From a bacterium (GTDB lineage: Bacteria > Auribacterota > Tritonobacteria > UBA1439): a DNA stretch of 64,000 bases. Below the pieces are notes generated by a model. It had not been told where the DNA came from. It worked only from the letters and a program-made list of their open reading frames with translations, and ran no database searches. Below are positions 17,727 to 25,683 of the stretch, in pieces (positions within the stretch are counted from its first letter, which is position 1; every line of letters starts with the position of its first letter). The translations under genes were made by a program, and so were the position numbers. Location: the NCBI GenBank assembly GCA_028716845.1, contig JAQUPF010000001.1, positions 119,647 through 183,646 of the forward strand. Direction: 5' to 3'.

Positions 17727-18114
17727 GTACGTCATCGTGGGGGCTTACGCCCTTGCCTACCACGGCGCTCCCCGTTTCACCGGCGACATCGATATCTATG
17801 TCCGGCCCACGCCGGAGAATGCCTACCGTATCATCGAAGCGCTCACGTCGTTCGGCTTTGGCTCAGTTGGACTGAAGGCGGACGATTTCCAGGAGCCGGA
17901 CCACGTTGTCCAACTCGGCGTCCCGCCGGTCAGAATAGACCTCGTCACATCGCTCACCGGCGTCTCCTGGGAACAAGCCGATGCCGGCAAAGCAGCCGGC
18001 ACGTATGGCGATGTCGACGTCCATTACCTCGGCCGTGATCAGTACCTCCAGAACAAGCGGGCCATGGGCAGGAAGAAGGATATCGCCGACCTCGAGGCAC
18101 TGGGGGAGGCCTGA
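17668..18114 (+). CDS. Nucleotidyltransferase-fold protein (DUF6036/AbiEii-like small NTase)
   Basis: MEVQPDFRELLALFNERGIEYVIVGAYALAYHGAPRFTGDIDIYV is a typical N-terminus for this family. Confidence 0.65.
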   Translation: MEVQPDFRELLALFNERGIEYVIVGAYALAYHGAPRFTGDIDIYVRPTPENAYRIIEALTSFGFGSVGLKADDFQEPDHVVQLGVPPVRIDLVTSLTGVSWEQADAGKAAGTYGDVDVHYLGRDQYLQNKRAMGRKKDIADLEALGEA

Positions 18115-18199
18115 TTCACCGAACCACCTTTGAGCGGACTCTCGCGACCGGGGCGGTGCGCAGCGCCGCCCTAATAAGCCGCTCGAGCGGAGCGCGCAC

Positions 18200-18224
18200 G
18201 GGCCCCCGCCTGAGGCGGGGCCCC
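18200..18224 (+). other. GC-rich hairpin (GGGCCCCCGCC-TGA-GGCGGGGCCCC) with no T-tract
   Basis: Perfect 11-bp stem read directly. It is not a canonical terminator because there is no U-run. Confidence 0.4.
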
Positions 18225-18269
18225 TCCCGCGGCAGCGCAGCTTCGTCGTTAGCGATTCATAGAGGATTC

Positions 18270-18593
18270 ATGAGTTCTTCTTGTTTTTCAGAAAGTACTG
18301 AATACCCTTTAAGCTCACCCAAACAAGCTGAAGATTTATACTTTGCGCTGTCGGAGAAGATTCATAAATGCGACAAGAGCGCGCAGCTTAAGAAGTTGCG
18401 TGCGTATTGTGAAGAGAGTCTGCCGCTTCTACCTGGCCTTGTAAAAAGCACAATCGATCAATATGGCAAATTCGATATAGGCTCCATACCGGCTTTAGAA
18501 CTCGGTTGCACATATTGGTCGGCATTGGATGATCGGAAATCTCTTGAGATTGCGGGGATTGAAAAAAGTTCAGGGTCAGACCTCTACTATTGA
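18270..18593 (+). CDS. Hypothetical protein (107 aa) in the most AT-rich part of the window
   Basis: ATG at 18270 within ORF 18156..18593. No family recognised. Confidence 0.35.
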   Translation: MSSSCFSESTEYPLSSPKQAEDLYFALSEKIHKCDKSAQLKKLRAYCEESLPLLPGLVKSTIDQYGKFDIGSIPALELGCTYWSALDDRKSLEIAGIEKSSGSDLYY

Positions 18594-18661
18594 CTAAGAA
18601 GCTGCGCTGAGCAATGCGCTCCGGCCGATCCCGGCAAGGCGGGACGGCTGAGCTCTTCGCT

Positions 18662-18970
18662 ATGTCACAGAGAAGAATAGCACCTGGTGTGGTACATGGT
18701 GTCCCGGCGGACTTGCGAAAAGCCCTTACCGCCGACAGAGATGCACTGACCCTGTGGGAAGATATCACGCCGCTCGCGCGCAATGAATGGATTTGCTGGG
18801 TTGAGGACGCCAGGAAACCGGAAACAAGGCTCAGCCGGATAGAGAGAGTGCGCGCGGAGCTTAAAGAGGGAATGCGCCGGCCGTGTTGCTGGCCCGGTTG
18901 CCCCCACCGGGGGAAAAAGGCAAGCGCGCCCGCAAGTCTGAATCGCAATAAAAAGCCGCCTCACACATAA
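18662..18970 (+). CDS. YdeI/OmpD-associated family protein
   Basis: VPADLRKALTADRDALTLWEDITPLARNEWICWVEDARKPETRLSRIERVRAELKEGMRRPCCWPGCPHR is the characteristic family pattern. Confidence 0.7.
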   Translation: MSQRRIAPGVVHGVPADLRKALTADRDALTLWEDITPLARNEWICWVEDARKPETRLSRIERVRAELKEGMRRPCCWPGCPHRGKKASAPASLNRNKKPPHT

Positions 18971-19119
18971 CAATTCGTTGCAGCGGACGGAGATTGATCG
19001 CCCTCCGCTGCTGAATTCTTACGTTGAGGAGGCGCTGCGGGGAAATAAGAAGTGGTGCGCGACGTGCGCAGAGATGGTTCCGCTTGAAACCTGACACCAC
19101 TGACCATTTGCTTGGCACT

Positions 19120-19160
19120 CTGTACTTTGAACTTTCAACCTTGAACCTTGAACTGTAGTT
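19120..19160. repeat. TTCAAAGT-core repeat copy abutting the rnpB 3' end
   Basis: Forward ACTTTGAACTTTCAACCTTGAACCTTGAACTGTAGTT. On the minus strand, AACTACAGTTCAAGG follows the RNase P RNA directly. Confidence 0.8.
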
Positions 19161-19526
19161 GAGGCTCGCCTGTAAGCCGGATTCTGTCTTCCCCGCCGAG
19201 GCGGGGGAGGCGGCCATTCATCTGGGCCTCGGATTGCTCCTCGGCTCAATGCGGCCTACCCGGGGCTTCACCCTTTCGGGACGGGACGGGCAGCCCCGTC
19301 GCCCCCTATTTGGCCTTGCTCCGCGCAGAGTTTACCGCGTTTCACCCCCGCCGCCTCTTGCGAAGCGGCGGGACTCGTCTCTGTGGCACTCGTCCTCGCC
19401 GCTCGGCCTTTCGGCCTCGCGACGGCCCGGATATTCTCCGGGTGCGCCGCCCTGCGGAGTCCGGACTTTCCTCCCCTCGCGCGCCTCAGGCGCGCTCGGG
19501 GCGGCCGCCCGGCGCGCCCCAACCAC
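19157..19526 (-). ncRNA. rnpB: RNase P RNA, bacterial type A
   Basis: Minus strand contains GAGGAAAGTCCGGACTCC (P4), GGTAAACTCTGCGCGGAGCAAGGCCAAATAGGGG, AGATGAATGGCCGCC and GACAGAATCCGGCTTACAGG. A P1 pairing of GGTTGGGGCGCGCCGG with CAGGCGAGCCTCAACT sets the ends, give or take a few nt. Confidence 0.92.
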
Positions 19527-19613
19527 AGCCACAATGTCAAAGAGCAGTTCGAGGGAAACCTGACTACCGGCGCGGATCCGCCGGCCGTTCTCCTCCGCCC
19601 CTCCCCGTTCCCG

Positions 19614-20396
19614 TCAGAGGGGAGGGGCGTGGTGAACGCCCTCCACCGCATCCGGCTGCGCCGCGTCCTCGGCGACGGAGAGCCCGTCCGCCCAGTACAG
19701 TATCCGCGAGCAGTTCTCGCAGATGACGAGCTGGTCCCACTTCCGCACGTTGTTCGCGATCTGGGGCGGCAGCCGCATGTGGCACCCCCCGCAGGTGTAG
19801 CCGGTGAGCGGCACGACGGCGGCGTCCCGCTTGTTCGAGAAGATGCGCCGGTACCTGCCCAGCACCACCGGGCTCACGCCCGGCAGGAGGGCGTCCCGCT
19901 CCGCGCCGAGCGCGCCGATCCGCCCGTCGAGCCGGGCGGCCTCCCGCACGATCCGCTCCTCCTCGGCCGCCACGCATCCCCGTTCCCTCTCGACGGCCTC
20001 CCCGAGCAGCCGCGCAGCCGATTCGGCCTCCTCGATCCGCTCCATGCTCTCCAGTATCCGGTCCTCGATCCTCGCGTTCGCCACCTTCCGCTCGGCGATC
20101 TCCTTCGAGAGGGCCTGGTACTCCGCGTTCGTCTTCACCTGGAACTGCTGCGCCTCGTACTTCGCGATCGCCTGGAGCACGCTCTCCGATTCGAGCTCGA
20201 GTTCCTTCCGCTGCACCTGGAGCGCCTTGATGTCCGCCCGCGCCGCGGCGAGTCCCCGCTCCGCCTCGGAGAGGCGCGCCCTGGCCTCCTCGAGCACCGC
20301 CGGGAGCCCCGCCTTCTCCTCCTCGAGGCCGAGGAGTTCCCGCTCCTTCTCCTGTATCTCAAGGAGGGCGATCATGTCCTGTCGAAGCTGGTTCAA
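19614..20396 (-). CDS. Coiled-coil / C4 zinc-ribbon protein (COG1579, DUF164-like)
   Basis: TTG start with GGAGGA RBS. Long coiled coil followed by CGGCHMRLPPQ...ICENCSRILY. Confidence 0.8.
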   Translation of the reverse strand: MNQLRQDMIALLEIQEKERELLGLEEEKAGLPAVLEEARARLSEAERGLAAARADIKALQVQRKELELESESVLQAIAKYEAQQFQVKTNAEYQALSKEIAERKVANARIEDRILESMERIEEAESAARLLGEAVERERGCVAAEEERIVREAARLDGRIGALGAERDALLPGVSPVVLGRYRRIFSNKRDAAVVPLTGYTCGGCHMRLPPQIANNVRKWDQLVICENCSRILYWADGLSVAEDAAQPDAVEGVHHAPPL

Positions 20397-20416
20397 GTAT
20401 CCTCCACGTCCTCGCT

Positions 20417-20445
20417 ATTATACATAATCGAGGAGGACGGCGCAA
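20417..20445 (-). promoter_or_regulatory. Candidate promoter TTGCGC-N17-TATAAT for the COG1579 gene
   Basis: Hexamers read on the minus strand. The -10 box lies about 20 nt upstream of the start codon. Confidence 0.35.
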
Positions 20446-20580
20446 ATGCGCGAAGACGTATTATGCAACCCTCTGCACGTCAGCGCGATAGAGAATAATC
20501 CACCGGCCAGGCGACGCGGGCAGAATCTCCCGGCACCGCCTTCAGCCGCAATCAGTCCCGCACAAGGTCCACAGTTCCAT

Positions 20581-20609
20581 TTTACATTCGACGCGCGGTG
20601 ATCTATAGT
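20581..20609 (+). promoter_or_regulatory. Candidate promoter TTTACA-N17-TATAGT upstream of tRNA-Val
   Basis: Read directly. It lies about 190 nt upstream of the tRNA. The leader would contain a TTCAAAGT repeat copy. Confidence 0.45.
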
Positions 20610-20640
20610 ACGGCTTGGCCGGCAGGGACCGCCCACGCAC

Positions 20641-20672
20641 AACTTCAGTTCAAAGTTGAAAGTCTGACGGAT
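20641..20672. repeat. Short TTCAAAGT-core copy (AACTTCAGTTCAAAGTTGAAAGT) followed by CGGAT
   Basis: Read directly. Confidence 0.6.
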
Positions 20673-20798
20673 GCTCGAACGCAAGACCGACCGGGATAAC
20701 CGTTGATCGGGGGAATGCGGCAGGGACGGATGCACGGCGCGCGAGGTCGGGTGGATCAGGGAGATCATCGACGATACGGCAACATCAATGGATTGAGC

Positions 20799-20875
20799 GG
20801 GCGATTAGCTCAGCCGGCTAGAGCGCTTGGATCACACCCAAGAGGTCACAGGTTCGAATCCTGTATCGCCCACCA
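20799..20875 (+). tRNA. tRNA-Val (anticodon CAC), CCA encoded
   Basis: GGGCGATTAGCTCAGCCGGCTAGAGCGCTTGGATCACACCCAAGAGGTCACAGGTTCGAATCCTGTATCGCCCACCA folds as a cloverleaf. Confidence 0.93.
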
Positions 20876-20877
20876 GC

Positions 20878-20913
20878 ACTACAGTTCAGCGTTTAAAGTC
20901 GAAAGTCCAAAGC
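20878..20913. repeat. TTCAAAGT-core repeat copy starting 2 nt after the tRNA-Val CCA
   Basis: ACTACAGTTCAGCGTTTAAAGTCGAAAGTCCAAAGC. Confidence 0.7.
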
Positions 20914-20976
20914 AATAGATGGTGTCGCAGCGGCGTCACCGGCTCCGGGCGACGCCGTCTCGCATGAGGGGGTTCC

Positions 20977-21672
20977 ATGGAATCCCGTCTCTCCCCTGAG
21001 GTCGTCTCCGATCTCCTCGCCGGCGGCATGTCGGAGGAGGGGATCTACACCGAACTCATCTCGCGCGGCCATACCGTCGGGGAGATCCAGGCGGCGTTCG
21101 CGGGGATCGACGGCCGCGCCGAGGGGGAGGACACCCAGCGGCGGACGATCCGGATCGTCCTCACGGCGGGGGCCGTCCTCGTGGCCGCCGGCGTCTTCTC
21201 CTTCATCGCCGCCAACTGGGGCGGGATGCCCCGGCCCGTCAAGGTGGCGACCATCATCGCGGCGATGCTGGCGGTGGACGCCGGGGCGTGGCACCTCCGC
21301 GAGCGGACCCGGCTCGCGAGGACGGGGGACGCGCTCCTCCTGCTCGGGTCGCTCATGTACGGGGCGGGGATATTCCTCGTCGCGCAGATGTTCCACGTGC
21401 GGGCCAACTGGCCCGACGGCTTCATCCTCTGGATGATCGGCGTGATCGCCATGGGGTTCGCCGCCGGGGCGCCCCGGCTCTTCCAGCTCGCGTTCTGGAT
21501 CGGCGCCGTCGCCCTCGCGGGATACCCGATGGGGATCTTCGGCGAGCTGGACGGTTACAACCCCTTCCTGCTCACCTCGCCGTTCCTCCTGCTCGTCGCC
21601 ACGCTCGTCCTCCTCGCGTCGGGGGCGGCGATACGGCGGCGGATGCCGGTCGAGCTGCGGCGGCTCCTGTAG
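20977..21672 (+). CDS. DUF2157-like integral membrane protein
   Basis: Soluble N-terminal head followed by about 6 TM. It is the first gene of the trio that ends with a GDYXXLXY protein. Confidence 0.65.
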   Translation: MESRLSPEVVSDLLAGGMSEEGIYTELISRGHTVGEIQAAFAGIDGRAEGEDTQRRTIRIVLTAGAVLVAAGVFSFIAANWGGMPRPVKVATIIAAMLAVDAGAWHLRERTRLARTGDALLLLGSLMYGAGIFLVAQMFHVRANWPDGFILWMIGVIAMGFAAGAPRLFQLAFWIGAVALAGYPMGIFGELDGYNPFLLTSPFLLLVATLVLLASGAAIRRRMPVELRRLL

Positions 21673-21678
21673 GGCAGC

Positions 21679-22761
21679 ATGAACGAGGCCCTCATGTACC
21701 TGGTCGCGGCGGTGATCGTCGCCGCGATCATCGTGCCGGCTCTCCTCATCGGCCTCGCGATCCATTTCATCGGGCGGCGGCGGCGCTCCCGCGGATCGCC
21801 CGGACGGGGCCCGCTCCCCCTCTCCCTCTCGCCGGAGGACGAGGTGAGCCAGCTGCTCCTCGCGCTCGCCACGCTCTTCCTCGCGGTCACCATCTTCGCC
21901 TGGAACAGGAACGCGGGCGCCCCGCTCTCCTGGTGGACGGTCTTCCTCGCGTGCACGGGGATCGGCCTCGCGAGCGCCTACACGTTCAGGACTCCGTACA
22001 CCCTCGCCCTCAGCCTCATCGCCCTCGCCGCCTGGTGGGGCGCGAGGGCCGCCTTCTGGATCGACGAGTTCGACTGCAGGCCGTCGCCCGTCTTCTCCGG
22101 CCTCCTCCTCATCATGCTCGTCTACACCGCCGTCGGCCACGCCCACGGCGCGGCCGGGCGGGCCGCGAGGTTCTCGACCGTCTACCGGCTGCTCGGCGCG
22201 ATTCCCCTCGTCGCTGCCCTGTTCTTCCTCTCCACGAAGCCCGGCCTCGGGGCGCTCGAGGAGATGACCGGAGGGGGCCGGGTGTGCCCCCCGCAGGTCA
22301 CCGCGTCGCTGTTCCTCCTGACGGCGGCGCTCGGCATCATGACGCTCCGCTCGATGATCGCCGGATCCGTCTTCCCCTCGGAGGTCGCGGCCGCGGTCAT
22401 CCCCGCCGCCCTCTTCGTCTGCGTCGCGCTCGTGCCCGGCCAGGAAACCGTTTCGGGGGGCGCGCTCACCGCCGCGGGGATCGCCTGGGCGTGCGTCTTC
22501 AATATCGTCGTCTTCCTCCACCTGCTCGGCCTCATCCTCTCGGGGTACCGCCGGCGCGAGGAATGGCTCATCAACATGGGCACCTTCTTTCTGTTCCTGC
22601 TCATCGCCGTCAAATACATCGACTGGTTCTTCACCTTCCTCGACAAGAGCCTCTTCTTCATCGGCGCCGGCGCGCTCCTCTTCCTCGTCGGCTGGCTCAT
22701 GGAGCGGGGGAGGCGGCAGATGATCGCCGGCCTGCGGGGCGCGGGCGGGGCGGGGGGCTGA
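21679..22761 (+). CDS. Polytopic membrane protein (DUF4401-like)
   Basis: 360 aa with about 11 TM, located between the DUF2157-like and GDYXXLXY genes. Confidence 0.6.
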   Translation: MNEALMYLVAAVIVAAIIVPALLIGLAIHFIGRRRRSRGSPGRGPLPLSLSPEDEVSQLLLALATLFLAVTIFAWNRNAGAPLSWWTVFLACTGIGLASAYTFRTPYTLALSLIALAAWWGARAAFWIDEFDCRPSPVFSGLLLIMLVYTAVGHAHGAAGRAARFSTVYRLLGAIPLVAALFFLSTKPGLGALEEMTGGGRVCPPQVTASLFLLTAALGIMTLRSMIAGSVFPSEVAAAVIPAALFVCVALVPGQETVSGGALTAAGIAWACVFNIVVFLHLLGLILSGYRRREEWLINMGTFFLFLLIAVKYIDWFFTFLDKSLFFIGAGALLFLVGWLMERGRRQMIAGLRGAGGAGG

Positions 22762-22765
22762 CATC

Positions 22766-23341
22766 ATGGCGATCCGGAGGCGGACCTCGTTCATCCTGGC
22801 GGTCGCCCTGCAGGTCGCGGTCATTCTCGGGATGATCGCGTACAAGACCTCCATCCTCATGATGGGGACGGTGGTGGACCTGGCGATCGAGCCGGTCGAC
22901 CCGAGGGACCTGCTGCGCGGGGATTACGTGACCTTCCAGTACGCCATCTCCGAACCGCGCAGGAGCCTGGTGACGGGGGGGGCCGTCCGGAACGGCGAGA
23001 CCGTGTACGTGGTGCTCGAGCGGTCGGGGCAGCTCTGGAACGCCGTGTCGGTCCAAAGGACCGTGCCCGCGGCGGGCGACGTGCTCTTCCTCAGGGGAAA
23101 GGTCGCGGGCGGCGGGCTCGACAGCGGGGTGACGGCCGACGACTGGAACCGGGCCCCCCACGCGCGCATCCGCATCGTCTACGGCATCGAGGAGTATTTC
23201 ATCCCCGAGGGGACGGGGGCCGCCCTCGACCTCGGCGGCCGGACCGTCACGCCGTTCGCCCGCGTCTCCGTGGACCGGAAGGGAAGGGCGGTCCTGAAGG
23301 GGATCTTCATCGACGACCGGAGATGGCCGTCACCGCGGTGA
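22766..23341 (+). CDS. GDYXXLXY-domain protein
   Basis: N-terminal TM followed by EPVDPRDLLRGDYVTFQY, which is the signature motif. Confidence 0.75.
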   Translation: MAIRRRTSFILAVALQVAVILGMIAYKTSILMMGTVVDLAIEPVDPRDLLRGDYVTFQYAISEPRRSLVTGGAVRNGETVYVVLERSGQLWNAVSVQRTVPAAGDVLFLRGKVAGGGLDSGVTADDWNRAPHARIRIVYGIEEYFIPEGTGAALDLGGRTVTPFARVSVDRKGRAVLKGIFIDDRRWPSPR

Positions 23342-23355
23342 AGGGCGTCCCGGCG

Positions 23356-24033
23356 TCAGGCGGAGCGGCCCGCCCCGCGGACGCCGGGCAGGAGGTAGAG
23401 GGGGCCGAGGGAGTCCGGCGGGTCGTCGGGCAGCGCGAACGGGCTCTCGAAGAGGAGCGCGGCAGCCGAGGCCTCGGGGAAGCGGTCACCCGCGTCGAAC
23501 GTCGCCCGCCCCCCGAAGAGGCCGGCGAGGGCGTCCCGCATCCTCGTCAGACGCGGTCCCGTGAAGAACACCCTCCCCTCGATCCTCCCCGGCAACTCCT
23601 CCGGCCGGCAGACGAACGGCTCCCGGACGCGCTCGATCCCCTCCCCCCGCCGCTCGTAGACGGCGGCGTAGAGGCCGTGGCTGTGGGCGTCGGCGAGCGT
23701 GCAGATCGTCCCCTCCCCCGCCGGGCAGCGGGATGCGAGCGCATCGAAGCTGCAGATCCCCCTGATCGGGATCCCGAGGGCGAGGGCGAGGCCGCGCGCG
23801 GTCGCAAGGCCCAGGCGCACGCCCGTGAACGACCCGGGGCCGATGCCGGCGGCGATCCCCCCGATGTCGCGCGGGGCGGCGCCGCGCCCCGCGAGCAGCG
23901 CCTCGACCGCCGGCAGGAGCGCGGCCGACTGCGTGCGGTCCTCCGGGAGCGCCGCCTCGGCGACGATCCCCCCTCCCGCGGCGAGGGCGACGCTCCCCCG
24001 CCGCGTCGATGTCTCGATACCGAGGACCATCAT
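23356..24033 (-). CDS. tsaB: tRNA t6A37 biosynthesis protein TsaB
   Basis: MMVLGIETSTRRGSVALA...IAAGIGPGSFTGVRLGLATARGLA. Confidence 0.9.
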   Translation of the reverse strand: MMVLGIETSTRRGSVALAAGGGIVAEAALPEDRTQSAALLPAVEALLAGRGAAPRDIGGIAAGIGPGSFTGVRLGLATARGLALALGIPIRGICSFDALASRCPAGEGTICTLADAHSHGLYAAVYERRGEGIERVREPFVCRPEELPGRIEGRVFFTGPRLTRMRDALAGLFGGRATFDAGDRFPEASAAALLFESPFALPDDPPDSLGPLYLLPGVRGAGRSA

Positions 24034-24476
24034 GACGGCCCCTCCGCGGATCCGGCCCCCGCGCCGCCGGCCAGCGTGATCCTCCTCGTCTCCTCGCCCG
24101 TTATTTCGATGTCGACGGCCGTGCAACCCGCCGGGAGGAGCGGCCCGAGCCGCTCGGCCCACTCGACGGCGATGACCCCTCCCCGATCGAGGTAATCGTC
24201 CCACCCCACGTCGAACACCTCCCGCCAGTCCCGGATCCGGTAGAGGTCGAAATGGAAGAAGGGGAGCCGGCCGCGGTACTCGGTGATGATGACGAAGCTC
24301 GGGCTCGCCACGGCCACGGACGGGGCGACGCCCACCCCGCGGGCGATCCCCTGAACGAGGCAGGTCTTCCCGGCGCCGAGGCCGCCGCGGATCGCGAAGA
24401 CGGTGCCGGCGGCGGCGCGGCGGCCGAGCGATTCGCCGAGCGCCATCGTCTCGCCGGGCCCCGAGGATTCGATCAC
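24030..24476 (-). CDS. tsaE: tRNA t6A37 biosynthesis ATPase TsaE
   Basis: P-loop IRGGLGAGKTCLVQGIARGVG...SPSFVI..EY..LPFFHFDLYR. I prefer a GTG start at 24476. An alternative ATG lies at 24446. Confidence 0.85.
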   Translation of the reverse strand: MIESSGPGETMALGESLGRRAAAGTVFAIRGGLGAGKTCLVQGIARGVGVAPSVAVASPSFVIITEYRGRLPFFHFDLYRIRDWREVFDVGWDDYLDRGGVIAVEWAERLGPLLPAGCTAVDIEITGEETRRITLAGGAGAGSAEGPS

Positions 24477-24486
24477 GGTGCGCCGC

Positions 24487-25428
24487 TCACTCAAAATGCG
24501 GGAACCCCCCCTCGGCAAGCGGCGCCTCCCGCCCCTCCCGGACGAGCGTGATACCCGATGTCCGCCCCACGACCTCGCCGATGCGCGTGACCGGGCAGTC
24601 GAACCGAGCCGCGAACTCCCGCTCGAGCGCCGCCGGGTCGCCGCCGGCGGGGAGGGTGAAGAGGAGCTCGAAATCCTCGCCGTCGTAGAGCGCGTGCCGG
24701 ACCGCGGTCTCATCGTCCGCCTCGCCCGTCGCCGCGCGGTCCACGGGGACGCTCCCGGCGTCGATCCTGAAGCCGGCCCGGCTCTCGGCCGCCATCCGGT
24801 GGAGATCGCCGCCGAGGCCGTCGCTCAGGTCCATCATCGCCCGGACGCCGAACCGCTCGACGAGGAACCGCGCCTCGCGCACGCGCGGCATGAACGCCAG
24901 GTGCCTGCCCGCGAGCGATCCGCCCAGCCGCCCCGTGACCCACACGGTCTCGCCGGGGCGGGCCGCCGAGCGGCGGGCGACGCGATCGCGCTCGACCTCC
25001 CCGCAGACCGTGACGGCGATGACGAGCCCCGCGCCGCTCCGCACGGTGTCGCCGCCGACGATGGGGCAGTCGAATCGCCGCGCGAGGTCGTCCGCGCCGC
25101 GGTAGAGCTCGCGGCAGAACGCGACCGCCGTCTCCGGCGGCGCCCCGAGCGCGATGAGGGCGGCGCGGGGGAGGCCCCCCATCGCCGCGATGTCGCTCAG
25201 GCCGCAGCCGACCGCCTTCCACCCGATCCCGCGCGCGGCGTCCCGGTCGCGGTCGAAGTGCGTCCCCTCGACGAGCATGTCGGTCGTCAGGAGCGCGAGG
25301 ATCCCCTCGCGCCCGCACTCGATCGCCGCCGCGTCGTCCCCGATGCCGATGACGGTCCCGGGCGCCGCGGAGACCGCCTTCCGGATCTCCTCGATGAACG
25401 GGAACTCGCCCAGGTCCCTCAATCTCAT
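24487..25428 (-). CDS. thiL: Thiamine-monophosphate kinase
   Basis: ATG at 25428. LGEFPFIEEI...IGIGDDAAAI...TTDMLVEGTHF...SDIAAMGG. Confidence 0.9.
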   Translation of the reverse strand: MRLRDLGEFPFIEEIRKAVSAAPGTVIGIGDDAAAIECGREGILALLTTDMLVEGTHFDRDRDAARGIGWKAVGCGLSDIAAMGGLPRAALIALGAPPETAVAFCRELYRGADDLARRFDCPIVGGDTVRSGAGLVIAVTVCGEVERDRVARRSAARPGETVWVTGRLGGSLAGRHLAFMPRVREARFLVERFGVRAMMDLSDGLGGDLHRMAAESRAGFRIDAGSVPVDRAATGEADDETAVRHALYDGEDFELLFTLPAGGDPAALEREFAARFDCPVTRIGEVVGRTSGITLVREGREAPLAEGGFPHFE

Positions 25429-25460
25429 GTGCCGTCGGTTCCGGTACTCAATGAACCCCC

Positions 25461-25662
25461 CACCACGGATCTCCACGGATTATCGGCGGATGTAACTACA
25501 GTTCAAAGTGAAAAGTCAAAAGTTCAAAGTGGCGGTAATCCGCGTCAATCCGCGGCTGAAACTCCGCCGTTTTCCGCTTTGAACTTTCAACTTTGGACTG
25601 TAGTTTGGATCAGTGGCGATCCGTGATGATCCGTGGCCATCAGTGGCAGATTGGTTCTTTTT
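25461..25662. repeat. Composite intergenic repeat, the most complete copy
   Basis: CACGGAT-type heptamers end at 25470, 25480 and 25491. The core lies at 25494-25530. AATCCGCG starts at 25538 and 25548. The inverted core GCTTTGAACTTTCAACTTTGGACTGTAGTT lies at 25576-25605. Heptamers start at 25609, 25619, 25629, 25639 and 25650, followed by GGTTCTTTTTGC. Confidence 0.92.
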
Positions 25663-25683
25663 GCCCGGGGCGGCGGAGTCCCC

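Noticed and set aside
16205-19160. Prophage or integrative element with an integrase
   Set aside because: No tyrosine or serine recombinase or transposase motifs were seen in any frame. It is treated only as a compositional islet.
20397-20798. Possible additional ncRNA (SRP or 6S RNA) in the 400-nt AT-richer spacer
   Set aside because: There is no SRP domain-IV motif (GGAAGCAGCC-like) or other recognisable core. The region is better explained by candidate promoters plus a repeat copy.
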